DNA from: an uncultured Pelagibacteraceae bacterium
GTDB lineage: Bacteria; Pseudomonadota; Alphaproteobacteria; Pelagibacterales; Pelagibacteraceae
Reading direction: 5' to 3'
DNA length: 64,000 nt
Assembly: GCA_902603305.1 (NCBI GenBank)
Contig: CACKUI010000001.1
Location: 31,270 to 95,269 of the forward strand
The notes beneath the pieces are model-generated. The model was not told the DNA's origin. It did no database searches and saw nothing but the letters and a program-made list of their open reading frames with translations. The translations under genes and the position numbers were made by a program. Shown in pieces: positions 29,786 through 40,200 of this stretch (positions within the stretch are counted from its first letter, which is position 1; the number at the start of each line of letters is the position of its first letter).

Positions 29786-30640
29786 ATGGCACATCTATCT
29801 TCATATTTATTTACAAATGTTGCAAGTATACCGCCTACTTACAATGTCGAAGTTAGAATTTTTAAACATTCAATAATTGCAAGTATCCAAAATATAAAAG
29901 AAGTAAAATCAAATATTGTTGTAAATTTTAAAACAATTTATAATAATAAAATATTTTTTGAGGAAAAATATAAATTGGATTTATTAAATCAAGAAAATAA
30001 TTTAATTGTATTTAAAACTAAATGTCCAACTGTAGCTAAAGAAGACGAGCTATCATTTATAGAAATTGATGTTTATTCTGAAAATAATGATTTAATTTTT
30101 TCTAATAGAGGCTTAGTAAATGGCTATACTTTTTTTTATAAAGATAGTGCCAAATCATATTTAACTGAATTGGTACAAAAATATGGTCATCCAAATATAA
30201 TTACACAATATCAATTCTTTAATACATTTGTATTTACAAGTCCGAATGTTTTAATTGATAAAAAAAAAGATATATCTGATACAATAGGAATTATAAATCC
30301 TTATGAAAAAGACATAATAATAAAAATTACTACAAATCATGGTAATGAAATAAAACAAAAAATTAAAGCCAGATCTGGTAAAAAAATATTTTTAGATCAA
30401 ATTATAGAAACCAAGGATTCCAAGTGGGAAGGCTGTATACACATTACAGGTAATAATAGAGTATTGGCCAATATTTTTAAAACATCAATTAAAAACAGGT
30501 ATTTAATTCATGATGCCGAACATTTGGATTATTATTTTCCTGATAAAAATTATATAGGCTCATTTAAATATTTAAGATCAAAAATAGCTAACTTCTTATT
30601 CAAAAAAGGAATGATTAAAAAAGCAAGAAAAGAATTCTAA
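29786..30640 (+). CDS. Hypothetical protein, coupled to and partly similar to the upstream ORF
   Basis: 284-aa ORF starting 2 nt after the previous stop; its C-terminal half resembles that ORF's repeat and ends in EHLD. Confidence 0.7.
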   Translation: MAHLSSYLFTNVASIPPTYNVEVRIFKHSIIASIQNIKEVKSNIVVNFKTIYNNKIFFEEKYKLDLLNQENNLIVFKTKCPTVAKEDELSFIEIDVYSENNDLIFSNRGLVNGYTFFYKDSAKSYLTELVQKYGHPNIITQYQFFNTFVFTSPNVLIDKKKDISDTIGIINPYEKDIIIKITTNHGNEIKQKIKARSGKKIFLDQIIETKDSKWEGCIHITGNNRVLANIFKTSIKNRYLIHDAEHLDYYFPDKNYIGSFKYLRSKIANFLFKKGMIKKARKEF

Positions 30641-30821
30641 AAAATGATTTTTATATCTATGTGTATTTATGAATTTATTATTAACATGTCTATCATGACT
30701 CATCATTTCAATGACAAGTGTTATCTTTGAAATTCAAAAAACACTGTTTCTTATTGATTTTTATTGATATACATTTTGTTGATTAAATTATTCATTTAAT
30801 TATGTAAGATCGGTAATTGAA

Positions 30822-30865
30822 ACATTATGAATTTAATGCTCTTACCAACTGAGCTGAAGGCCCTA
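30822..30865 (-). pseudogene. Degenerate 5' half of tRNA-Ile2 (att-like remnant)
   Basis: TAGGGCCTTCAGCTCAGTTGGTAAGAGCATTAAATTCATAATGT versus the intact gene's TAGGGCCTGTAGCTCAGTTGGTTAGAGCAGTACACTCATAATGT; no T arm or 3' acceptor strand follows. Confidence 0.85.
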
Positions 30866-30876
30866 CTCGGAGTAAG

Positions 30877-30905
30877 TTTCTACCTTTTTTTTCTAACTCG
30901 TCCAA
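30877..30905 (-). promoter_or_regulatory. Putative sigma70 promoter upstream of the tRNA half-copy
   Basis: TTGGAC (30900-30905)-N17-TAGAAA (30877-30882) on the minus strand, 13 nt upstream of the GGGCC 5' end. Confidence 0.45.
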
Positions 30906-30958
30906 GTTAAGAAAATTTTTATTTATTATTCTATCTATATAATTTAACAAAGTAAATT

Positions 30959-31735
30959 ATGAATAAAATTTTTAAACTTATAAAGTACATATTTCCAATA
31001 ACTTTTGAGAAATTAGATCAAAAAAGAGTTAGATTTAAAAATAGAAAATCTATCAAATGGGCCTCGCAAAGGTCAGAAGATGCTGATGAATTCATGAAAA
31101 ATATTGACAAAGATGTGTATGAAAAAACTATAAATTTTAGAAATAATTTTAAATTAAATGCTGATACTATTTTATCTAAATTAGACACTTGGCAGGGAGG
31201 TGGCGGTGCATATGATTTGCTATATTTTCTTATAATGAAAACAAAACCATTAATAGTTGTTGAGACCGGTGTTGCGTCTGGTTGGAGTTCAAATGCCATA
31301 TTATCTGCATTTGAGGATGTAAATACTCAAAAGAGTCATTTATTTTCAAGTGATCTTCCTTATTATAATACTGAAGAGTCAAAAAAAACAATCGGAATTT
31401 TAATTGAAGAAAAGTATAAAAAAAATTTGACGTTATGTATTAGAGGAGATAGAGAGTGTTTGGATAAATTTCAAAGCATTTTGAAAGAAATTCACCTATT
31501 TCATTATGATAGTGATAAATCATATGAAGGTAGGAAATTTGCATGGGATAAACTGAATTCAAAGTTTAGTAAAAATTCTATTATTATTTTTGATGATATA
31601 GACAATAACTTTCATTTCAGAGATTTAGTAGAAGAGTTAAAAGTTGAATATAAAATATTTAAATTTCAAAATAAATATGTTGGAATATTTATTTATGGAG
31701 GAAAATTTAAATTAAATAATTTTTCTGAAAAATGA
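30959..31735 (+). CDS. Class I SAM-dependent methyltransferase (Methyltransf_24-like)
   Basis: VVETGVASGWSS motif I, SSDLP, LFHYDSDKSY, IIFDDI. Confidence 0.85.
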   Translation: MNKIFKLIKYIFPITFEKLDQKRVRFKNRKSIKWASQRSEDADEFMKNIDKDVYEKTINFRNNFKLNADTILSKLDTWQGGGGAYDLLYFLIMKTKPLIVVETGVASGWSSNAILSAFEDVNTQKSHLFSSDLPYYNTEESKKTIGILIEEKYKKNLTLCIRGDRECLDKFQSILKEIHLFHYDSDKSYEGRKFAWDKLNSKFSKNSIIIFDDIDNNFHFRDLVEELKVEYKIFKFQNKYVGIFIYGGKFKLNNFSEK

Positions 31736-31739
31736 AAAC

Positions 31740-31814
31740 TGGTGGGCCGTGTTGGTTACGCTCCAACTACCCCTGCAATGTCAATGCAGTACTCTACTAT
31801 TGAGCTAACGGCCC
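31740..31814 (-). tRNA. tRNA-Val (anticodon GAC) with non-canonical D/T loops
   Basis: GGGCCGT-TA-GCTC-AATAGTA-GAGT-A-CTGCA-TTGACAT-TGCAG-GGGTA-GTTGG-AGCGTAA-CCAAC-ACGGCCC-ACCA; all four stems pair. Confidence 0.9.
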
Positions 31815-31815
31815 A

Positions 31816-33654
31816 TTAACTTTCTAAGAAACTTTTTAGCTGCTTAGACCTACTAGGATGCTTAAGTTTTCTAAGTGCCTTAGCCTCAATTTGTCTTATT
31901 CTCTCTCTTGTAACTGAAAACTGCAAACCAACTTCTTCCAAAGTATGATCTGTATTCATGCCAACTCCAAATCTCATTCTTAAAACTCTTTCTTCTCTTG
32001 GGGTTAAGGTTGAAAGTATTTTTGTAGTTGCTTCACTTAAATTCGATTTAATCGCTTGTTCTAAGGGCGCTAATGCTTTTGTGTCCTCAATGAAGTCGCC
32101 TAAACTACTATCTTCCTCATCACCGACAGGTTTTTCTAAAGATACAGGTTCTTTTGAAATTTTTAAAACTTTTCTAACTTTTTCAAGTGGCATTCTCAAT
32201 TTTTTTGCTAGTTCTTCCGGGGTTGCCTCTCTGCCAAATTCACTTAATATTAACCTTTGTGTCCTGACAATTTTGTTGATTGTTTCAATCATATGAACAG
32301 GAATTCTTATCGTTCTTGCTTGATCTGCAATTGATCTGGTTATTGCCTGCCTTATCCACCATGTAGCGTATGTAGAAAATTTATATCCCCTTCTATATTC
32401 GAATTTATCTACAGCTTTCATCAATCCTATGTTCCCTTCTTGTATCAAATCTAAAAATTGCAATCCTCTATTTGTATATTTTTTAGCAATTGAAATTACT
32501 AATCTAAGGTTTGCTTCAACCATTTCTTTTTTAGCAATTCGAGACTCTTTTTCACCTTTTTGAATTCTACTTACCATTAGTTTATATTCAGTAACTGAAA
32601 TTCCAAGCTTAATACTTATATCAACCAACCTATCTCTTGTATTTTTAAATTCTAATTTGTATTTTGATAAAAATTTCTTCCATACATCATTGGTATCTAA
32701 AAAAGTTTTTAATTTAGGATTAATTTCATTACCGACATAAAATTTTACAAATTCATCTCTATGAATTTTTTCATTAAGAGCAAGCCTCAATAAATTTCCT
32801 TCTAAAGATATTATCTTACGGTTTTCAACATAATGTTTTTGAACTAATTCCTCTAATACAGACGGAGACAATTGGAGAGATTTTATATTCTCTATTATAT
32901 CTTCTACAATTTTTTTATAATTTTTTTCTTTAGAAGTGGAAAACTGTTTAGAATTTAATGTGCATTCTAATTTCTCTTTTTGATATTTAATAAGTTTATT
33001 GTATTCTTTAGTTAAATTAAAAATAGTTTGCAAAACTTTTGGCTTAATTTCTGTTTCCATTGCTGCAAGAGTTGGGTTGAATTCATCTTCTTCAACACTA
33101 TTACTTGTTTCCTCTCCATTCTGATTATCATTGCCATTATCTGATTTTTTTTGTTTCGCACTTTGACCAGTGTCTTCATCCTCCATATAGTTTGTATCAA
33201 TATCAATAATTTCTCTAACTAAAATTTCATCGTTTTGTAATTTTTTATTCCACTCAAAAAACTGCTGAGCCGTTATTGGACTTTGTGAAAGTGCATTTAA
33301 CATCACATCTTTTCCTGCCTCTATTCTCTTTGCAATTGCAATTTCACCTTCTCTTGAAAGAAGCTCAACACCTCCCATTTCTCTCAAATACATTCTTATA
33401 GGATCATCACTTTTTTCAGTAGACTTTCCTTCTTCTTTTGATCCATTATCTTTTTTTCTAAGAACTTTAAAGTCAGCTTTTTTTTCAACAAGTATTATTT
33501 TTTCATTCAAAATATGAATGAAGGCCTGCTCTAAATTTTCGTTTGATAGATTTCTTTTTCCTAAAGATTTATTTAATTCCTCATACGTGATGAAACCCCT
33601 ATGGACACCTCTGCCCATTAATCTTGCAAATGATTTTGTAATTATACGTTCCAC
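31816..33654 (-). CDS. rpoD: RNA polymerase primary sigma factor
   Basis: [68 protein letters not shown]; GTG start. Confidence 0.99.
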   Translation of the reverse strand: MERIITKSFARLMGRGVHRGFITYEELNKSLGKRNLSNENLEQAFIHILNEKIILVEKKADFKVLRKKDNGSKEEGKSTEKSDDPIRMYLREMGGVELLSREGEIAIAKRIEAGKDVMLNALSQSPITAQQFFEWNKKLQNDEILVREIIDIDTNYMEDEDTGQSAKQKKSDNGNDNQNGEETSNSVEEDEFNPTLAAMETEIKPKVLQTIFNLTKEYNKLIKYQKEKLECTLNSKQFSTSKEKNYKKIVEDIIENIKSLQLSPSVLEELVQKHYVENRKIISLEGNLLRLALNEKIHRDEFVKFYVGNEINPKLKTFLDTNDVWKKFLSKYKLEFKNTRDRLVDISIKLGISVTEYKLMVSRIQKGEKESRIAKKEMVEANLRLVISIAKKYTNRGLQFLDLIQEGNIGLMKAVDKFEYRRGYKFSTYATWWIRQAITRSIADQARTIRIPVHMIETINKIVRTQRLILSEFGREATPEELAKKLRMPLEKVRKVLKISKEPVSLEKPVGDEEDSSLGDFIEDTKALAPLEQAIKSNLSEATTKILSTLTPREERVLRMRFGVGMNTDHTLEEVGLQFSVTRERIRQIEAKALRKLKHPSRSKQLKSFLES

Positions 33655-33719
33655 AATAAAAAAGTTCAGGATGTATATAATGCTTAAATTAAAAAAATCT
33701 ATTGGATTCTGGTTGTTAT

Positions 33720-35495
33720 TTAATTGGTTTTTTGCAGTTTTTTAAGCTCTTTTAACTCATTAAATGTTACTTCACTCAAATCTTTCGAAAATCTTGATTC
33801 TAGCTCCTCAATTCTTATTTCTAACTCATAATTTTTTAAATCCCTTATTATCTCGGATAAAATTTCAAGAATTTTTTGATCGTTGTTTAAGTTTTTAATT
33901 AAAATATGCTTAATAGATGCATATTTTAGAACTCTATCTATCAAACCCTGATCAATTTTTAAACTTTCTAAATCAGAATTTTCAAAAGTATTTGTTTGGT
34001 CAATAATTTCTTTAAGTAATAATTTATTTTCGCTACTAAATAGTTTTACATTTTCAATTAAATTAAAATTATCTCTTATAAGCTCAGGCTTTTTTAGTAA
34101 AATATATAGAAAAGAAAATTCCTTTATATCAATGGCTGATAAAGACTTTGTTTCATTATAATAATTCTGAGTTGATTTAAGTGATTTTGTAAATTTTGTG
34201 TAGTTTTTATTATATTTAAAGTTTGTATTTGGTGTTAATTCAGAAATTTTTTCTAAGAAATATTCAAGCACATACTTTCTAATGAATTCATCTTTAATTG
34301 TTGATGAAATTGATCTTAATTTTTTTTCAAAGATAGCTCTGGATGAAGGGTTATCATTCATTTCTTTCGAATAATGATTAAATATAAATTTATGAATAGG
34401 CACAGAGTTATTTTTAGTAAAATTTTTAAAAAAATCCTTTCCCTTTTCACTTACAAAACTATCAGGATCATGTTTGTCAGGTAAAAATAAAAACGAAATT
34501 TCTTTTTCCGGTTTTAATTCAACAATAGAATTTTCTGCTGCTCTTAAAGCTGCTTTATATCCACTTTCGTCACCATCAAAACAAACAGTTATATGTTGGA
34601 AAAATTGATTAAGAGTTAATATTTGCCTTATAGTTAAAGAAGTGCCCAGATTTGCAACTACATTTTCCACTTTGTTTTTACTAAGACCAACCACATCCAT
34701 ATAGCCTTCAACAAGAAATATGTTATCAATATTGTTTGAAAGTTTTCTTGTAAAATCTAGATTATAAAGATTAGATCCTTTTTTGAAAAATGGAGTTTCT
34801 GGTGAGTTAATATACTTAGCAAGGTACTTATTATCTTTTAATATTCTACCTCCAAGAGCTATTGGATCACCTGAAATATTATTTATTGGAAAAATTAATC
34901 TTTCTCTAAACCTATCTACATATTTTTTTTTATTTTCGTCAAAATAAAACAATCCTGTTTCTTTGATTTCACTTTCAGTAAATTCCTTAAAAATCTCTTC
35001 TTTAAAGTTTTCATCATTTGAAACATATCCAATTTTAAATTTCTTTACTTCTTCAATAGTTAAATTTCTATTTTTTAAATAATCCTTTGCTTCCTTTGCT
35101 AAAGGGTTTTTAAAAAGATCTTGATGATAAAATTCAACATATTTTGCATATATCAATTTATATTTGTTCCACTTTTCTTCTCTGATCTCATCCTCTCTTG
35201 AAAATGTATAAGGCCTCATCCCTGCTAAATTTGCTAAATATTTGACTGACTCTCCAAATTTATAATTTTGAGTCTTCATTACAAAATCAAAAATATTTCC
35301 ATGCTCTGCAGTACTAAAGCAATGATAAAATTCCTTTTCATCATTTACTGTGAATGATGGTGTTTTTTCAGTCTTAAATGGCGAAAGGCCAACATATTCC
35401 TTTCCTCTCTTTTTTAAATTAACTGTTTTTGAAACTACGGTTGAAATTTTTAGTCTAGTTTTTATTTCTTGTAAGTACTCTTTTGGGTATTTCAT
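33720..35495 (-). CDS. dnaG: DNA primase
   Basis: [38 protein letters not shown]; upstream of rpoD. Confidence 0.96.
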   Translation of the reverse strand: MKYPKEYLQEIKTRLKISTVVSKTVNLKKRGKEYVGLSPFKTEKTPSFTVNDEKEFYHCFSTAEHGNIFDFVMKTQNYKFGESVKYLANLAGMRPYTFSREDEIREEKWNKYKLIYAKYVEFYHQDLFKNPLAKEAKDYLKNRNLTIEEVKKFKIGYVSNDENFKEEIFKEFTESEIKETGLFYFDENKKKYVDRFRERLIFPINNISGDPIALGGRILKDNKYLAKYINSPETPFFKKGSNLYNLDFTRKLSNNIDNIFLVEGYMDVVGLSKNKVENVVANLGTSLTIRQILTLNQFFQHITVCFDGDESGYKAALRAAENSIVELKPEKEISFLFLPDKHDPDSFVSEKGKDFFKNFTKNNSVPIHKFIFNHYSKEMNDNPSSRAIFEKKLRSISSTIKDEFIRKYVLEYFLEKISELTPNTNFKYNKNYTKFTKSLKSTQNYYNETKSLSAIDIKEFSFLYILLKKPELIRDNFNLIENVKLFSSENKLLLKEIIDQTNTFENSDLESLKIDQGLIDRVLKYASIKHILIKNLNNDQKILEILSEIIRDLKNYELEIRIEELESRFSKDLSEVTFNELKELKKLQKTN

Positions 35496-35956
35496 TTTTG
35501 ATTTAATAATTCTTTTATAATTGCTCCTGCTTTAGAAAAATCGATACTGTCAGCATTATTTTTCTTTAATTCACCCATAACTTTTCCCATATCCTTAATT
35601 GAGTTTGCGCCTGTTGATTTAATCACTTCTTCACAAATTTTCTTGGTATCCTCCTCGCTAATCTGTTTAGGTAAATATTGGCTAATTGTTTCAACTTCTT
35701 GCTCTTCTATATCCTGAAGATCCTTACGATTATTTTTTTTATACAATTCAATTGATTCGCTACGCTGTTTAATCATTTTTTTTAATAACTTCTTAATATC
35801 TTCATCATTTGTTTCTTTTTTTTCTGGCCCAGATCTGTTGTTAATATCTAAATCTTTAATACCGGATAAAATTAACCTGTAAGTTGATATTTTATTTTTA
35901 TCTTTAGATTTTAATGCTGTTTTGTAGTCTGACTCTATACTTTCTCTTAATGACAT
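35492..35956 (-). CDS. GatB/YqeY domain-containing protein
   Basis: KMIKQRSESIELY, YLPKQ, DMGKVMG. Start moved to ATG 35956 (MSLRE). Confidence 0.9.
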   Translation of the reverse strand: MSLRESIESDYKTALKSKDKNKISTYRLILSGIKDLDINNRSGPEKKETNDEDIKKLLKKMIKQRSESIELYKKNNRKDLQDIEEQEVETISQYLPKQISEEDTKKICEEVIKSTGANSIKDMGKVMGELKKNNADSIDFSKAGAIIKELLNQK

Positions 35957-36029
35957 GTTTAATTTTAGCGTATTAAAAATATTCTTCAAAAGGAAAAATA
36001 TTTTTTTTACGAAATATACATTAGATGTG

Positions 36030-36075
36030 TTGCGCAAAAAAAGGTTTTATTGTATAGACCTTTAACTCATGAGTT
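36030..36075 (+). promoter_or_regulatory. Putative carAB promoter with a downstream 12-bp palindrome
   Basis: TTGCGC (36030-36035)-N17-TATAGA (36053-36058); AACTCATGAGTT at 36064-36075. Confidence 0.55.
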
Positions 36076-36079
36076 GTAA

Positions 36080-37273
36080 TTGATCAAAAAACAAAAAAAT
36101 AAAATTGCAATTAATCATCAATTTCCTACAGGTATTTTAGTTCTGGATAACAAGCTAGTTTTCAAAGGCATTGGGCTAGGATATCAAGGAACTTCAACTG
36201 GAGAGGTTTGTTTTAATACATCTTTAACAGGATATCAGGAAATTATATCAGACCCATCTTATGCTGGACAAATTATAAACTTTACATTTCCTCATATTGG
36301 AAACGTTGGGACCAATAATGAGGATTTAGAGTCTGATAAAATTTGGACGAAAGGTGTAATATTTAATTCCGAAATTACTTCTCCATCAAATTATAGGGCA
36401 TTAAAGACATTAGATGCATGGCTTAAAAAAAATCAAATAGTTGGATTAACTGGATTAGATACTAGAAGCTTAACAAACTTTATTAGAGATAAGGGTGCTC
36501 CAAAAGGTACCATTACAAATAATAAAAAAGGTAAATTTAACATTAAAAAACTAACAAATATGTCAGTTAAATGGCCTGGCTTAAATGGATTAGATCTTGC
36601 TAAAGAAGTATCAACAAAAAAAACTTATATATGGAAAGGGTTTAGAACGTGGAAAAAGGATATCGGATATCAAAAGAATAAAAAAAAGAAATTTAAAATT
36701 ATCGCAGTTGATTATGGGATAAAGAAAAATATTTTAAGATATTTCGCAGATTATAACTGTGAGGTAAATGTAGTCTCTTGTAAATTAGCTGCTGATGAAA
36801 TTGTGAAATTAAAACCTGATGGTATTTTTTTATCAAATGGGCCTGGAGATCCAGCAGCTACTGGAAAATATGCAATTGATACGGTTCAAAAATTAATTAA
36901 ATTAAATTATCCTATATTTGGAATTTGCCTTGGTCATCAGATTTTAGCTTTGGCTTTAAATGCAAAAACAAAAAAAATGAAATTAGGTCATAGAGGTGCC
37001 AATCATCCAGTCAAAAATTTAATAAATAATTCAGTTGAGATTACAAGTCAAAATCATGGATTTGTTGTTATAGAAAAAAGCTTATCTAAAAATATTCAAA
37101 TTACTCATAAGTCACTCTTTGACGATACTATTGAGGGAATTAAACTGAAAAACAAACCTGTCTTTTCTGTTCAGTATCATCCAGAAGCAAATCCTGGACC
37201 TCAAGATAGTCAATATTTATTCAAAAACTTTATTCAAGATGTAAAAAAACATGCCAAAAAGAAAAGATATTAA
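36080..37273 (+). CDS. carA: Carbamoyl-phosphate synthase small subunit
   Basis: [43 protein letters not shown]; TTG start. Confidence 0.97.
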   Translation: MIKKQKNKIAINHQFPTGILVLDNKLVFKGIGLGYQGTSTGEVCFNTSLTGYQEIISDPSYAGQIINFTFPHIGNVGTNNEDLESDKIWTKGVIFNSEITSPSNYRALKTLDAWLKKNQIVGLTGLDTRSLTNFIRDKGAPKGTITNNKKGKFNIKKLTNMSVKWPGLNGLDLAKEVSTKKTYIWKGFRTWKKDIGYQKNKKKKFKIIAVDYGIKKNILRYFADYNCEVNVVSCKLAADEIVKLKPDGIFLSNGPGDPAATGKYAIDTVQKLIKLNYPIFGICLGHQILALALNAKTKKMKLGHRGANHPVKNLINNSVEITSQNHGFVVIEKSLSKNIQITHKSLFDDTIEGIKLKNKPVFSVQYHPEANPGPQDSQYLFKNFIQDVKKHAKKKRY

Positions 37274-40200
37274 AAAAATATTAGTAATTGGAGCAGGCCC
37301 AATAATAATTGGACAAGCATGTGAATTTGATTATTCGGGTACACAAGCTTGTAAGGCTCTTAAAGATGAGGGTTTTGCGGTAGTATTAATAAATTCAAAT
37401 CCTGCAACTATTATGACTGATCCTGGAGTTGCTGATAAAACCTATATTGAACCAATCACACTTCCTGTTTTAGAAGAAGTTATTAAAAAAGAGAAACCTA
37501 ACGCAATTTTACCAACAATGGGAGGACAGACAGCATTAAATTTAGCAATAAGTGCTGAAAAAGCTGGACTGCTTAAAAAATACAAAATCGAATTGATAGG
37601 TGCAAAGTCCAAGGCAATTGAAAATGCTGAAGACCGTAAAAAATTTAGAAAAAATATGTCTGACATTGGTTTAGATCTGCCAAAATCAAGAATTATAAAT
37701 CACTTTAAGGATGCAGCTAAATGTTTGAAGGAGATAGGATTACCAGCAATAATTAGACCATCTTTTACTTTGGGTGGTTTGGGAGGGGGAATCGCTAAAA
37801 ACAAAAAGGATTTCTTTAAACTTGTCAAAACTGGGATGAATGAGTCCCCTCAAAATCAGGTTTTAATCGAGGAGTCATTGGAAGGCTGGAAAGAATTTGA
37901 AATGGAGGTTGTAAGAGACAAAAAGGATAACTGTATAATAATTTGTTCAATAGAGAATGTCGATCCGATGGGAATCCATACTGGGGACTCTATCACAGTT
38001 GCTCCTGCATTAACCTTAACTGATAAAGAATACCAGGTCATGAGAAATGCATCTATTGCCTGCTTAAGAAAAATTGGAGTTGAAACGGGTGGATCAAATG
38101 TTCAGTTTGCAATAAATCCAAGAAATGGAAGAATGGTTATAATAGAAATGAATCCAAGAGTATCAAGGTCCTCTGCTCTTGCATCAAAAGCAACAGGTTT
38201 CCCAATCGCTAAAGTAGCAGCTAAACTTGCAGTGGGATACACTTTAGATGAATTAAAAAATGAAATTACAAAAGTAACTCCAGCTTCATTTGAACCAACA
38301 ATTGATTATGTTGTTACAAAAATACCAAGATTTACATTCGAAAAGTTTTCAGATACTAAAGTAATGCTTGGAACTTCAATGAGATCTGTTGGTGAGGCAA
38401 TGGCAATTGGAAGAAATTTCAAAGAATCTTTTCAAAAAGCTTTGGTATCTTTAGAAACTGGACTTTCTGGATTGGATAATTTTTTTAACTACTCTAGAAA
38501 AGATATTATAAAAAATTTGAAAGTTAATATTCCAAATAGACTTTTATTAATTGCTGAAGCTTTTAGAAAAAATATTTCTTTAGATAAAATATATAAATTA
38601 TCAAATGTTGATCCTTGGTTTTTAAATCAAATTAAGGATCTCGTAGATGAAGAAAAAAATATAAAAAAGAAAGGTTTACCTAAAACATATAATGGATTTA
38701 ATAGAATAAAATCTATTGGCTTTTCAGATAAAAAGTTGTCAAAAATCACCGGAATAAAAGAACAAATTGTTAGATCTAAAAGGGTTGCGCTAAAAGTTTT
38801 ACCTGTATTTAAAAAGGTAGATACTTGTGCAGCGGAATTTAAATCCTTTACTCCATATATGTACTCCACATACCAAAGAAATTTTTCATTAAATACAGAG
38901 TGTGAGTCAAATCCTAGCAATAAAAAAAAAATAATAATACTTGGAGGGGGTCCAAATAGAATTGGACAAGGTATAGAGTTTGATTATTGTTGTTGTCAGG
39001 CAAGCTTTTCTCTGAAAGAAGCTGGATTTGAAACAATAATGGTTAATTGTAACCCTGAAACAGTTTCAACAGACTATGACACCAGCGATAGACTATATTT
39101 TGAACCACTGATTGAGGAATATGTTCAAAATATTATTCTAAAAGAAAAATCAAAGGGAAATCTTATAGGGATTATTGCTCAATTTGGAGGCCAAACTCCT
39201 ATTAAATTAGCAAAATTTCTACATGAGAATGAATTACCAATACTTGGTACTCAATATACTTCCATTGATCTTGCAGAGGACAGAGATAGATTCAGAGATT
39301 TATTAATTAAATTAAAGTTAAAACAAGCAGAAAGTGGAATTGCTAACAAATTTGATCAAGCAATTAAAATAAGTGAAAAAATCGGACTGCCAGTTGTTGT
39401 TAGACCTTCATATGTTTTAGGTGGAAGAGCAATGGAAATTGTTCATGATAAAAGCCAACTTAAAAAGTTTATTAATGAGGCTTTTAAAGCTTCTGAACAA
39501 AATCCTATTTTAATCGATAAATTTATAGATCACGCTATGGAAGTTGATGTGGATGCTATCTCTGATGGTAAAGATGTTTATGTTGCTGGTATTATGCAGC
39601 ACATTGAAGAGGCGGGAGTACATTCTGGAGACTCTGCTTGTTGTCTACCTCCAGTTTCTATCAAAGATAATATTATAAAAGAAATTAAAATACAAACGAG
39701 AAAATTAGCTTTAGCATTAAAAGTTAAAGGACTTTTAAATATTCAATTTGCAATTAAAAAAGATGAAATATTTGTTATTGAGGTAAATCCAAGAGCAAGC
39801 AGAACAGTTCCATTTGTATCGAAAGCTAATGGGATTCCATTGGCCAAAATTGCATCAAGAATAATGGCAGGTGAAAAACTTTCAAAATATAAGTTAAAAT
39901 ATAAAACAAATAAAAAATTTGCTGTTAAAGAGGCTGTATTTCCATTTAACAAATTCCCAGATAGTGATCTATTACTTGGACCAGAGATGAAATCAACAGG
40001 TGAAGTGATGGGATTTGATGATGATTTTGGAATGGCAATCGCTAAAAGTCAAATTGCAGCAGCAAACTCCCTTCCTACTAAAGGTTTAGCATTTTTATCT
40101 GTAAAAGATTCACACAAACAAGAGATTGTTGGTGTTGCTCAAAGATTAATAAAACTTGGATTTACTTTATCAGCTACAAGTGGAACCGCAGAAATATTAA

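Larger units (their letters stand above)
28117..30865. mobile_element. Small integrase-free genomic islet integrated in tRNA-Ile2, bounded by a 44-bp imperfect direct repeat
   Basis: 28117-28160 and 30822-30865 match at 38/44 positions. The cargo is non-core and has long intergenic stretches, unlike the flanks. Confidence 0.7.

Noticed and set aside
28159-31739. Prophage, integron or named defence-system call for the accessory region
   Set aside because: No integrase, structural phage genes, attC-like hairpins or recognisable defence domains; only the tRNA half-repeat supports mobility.
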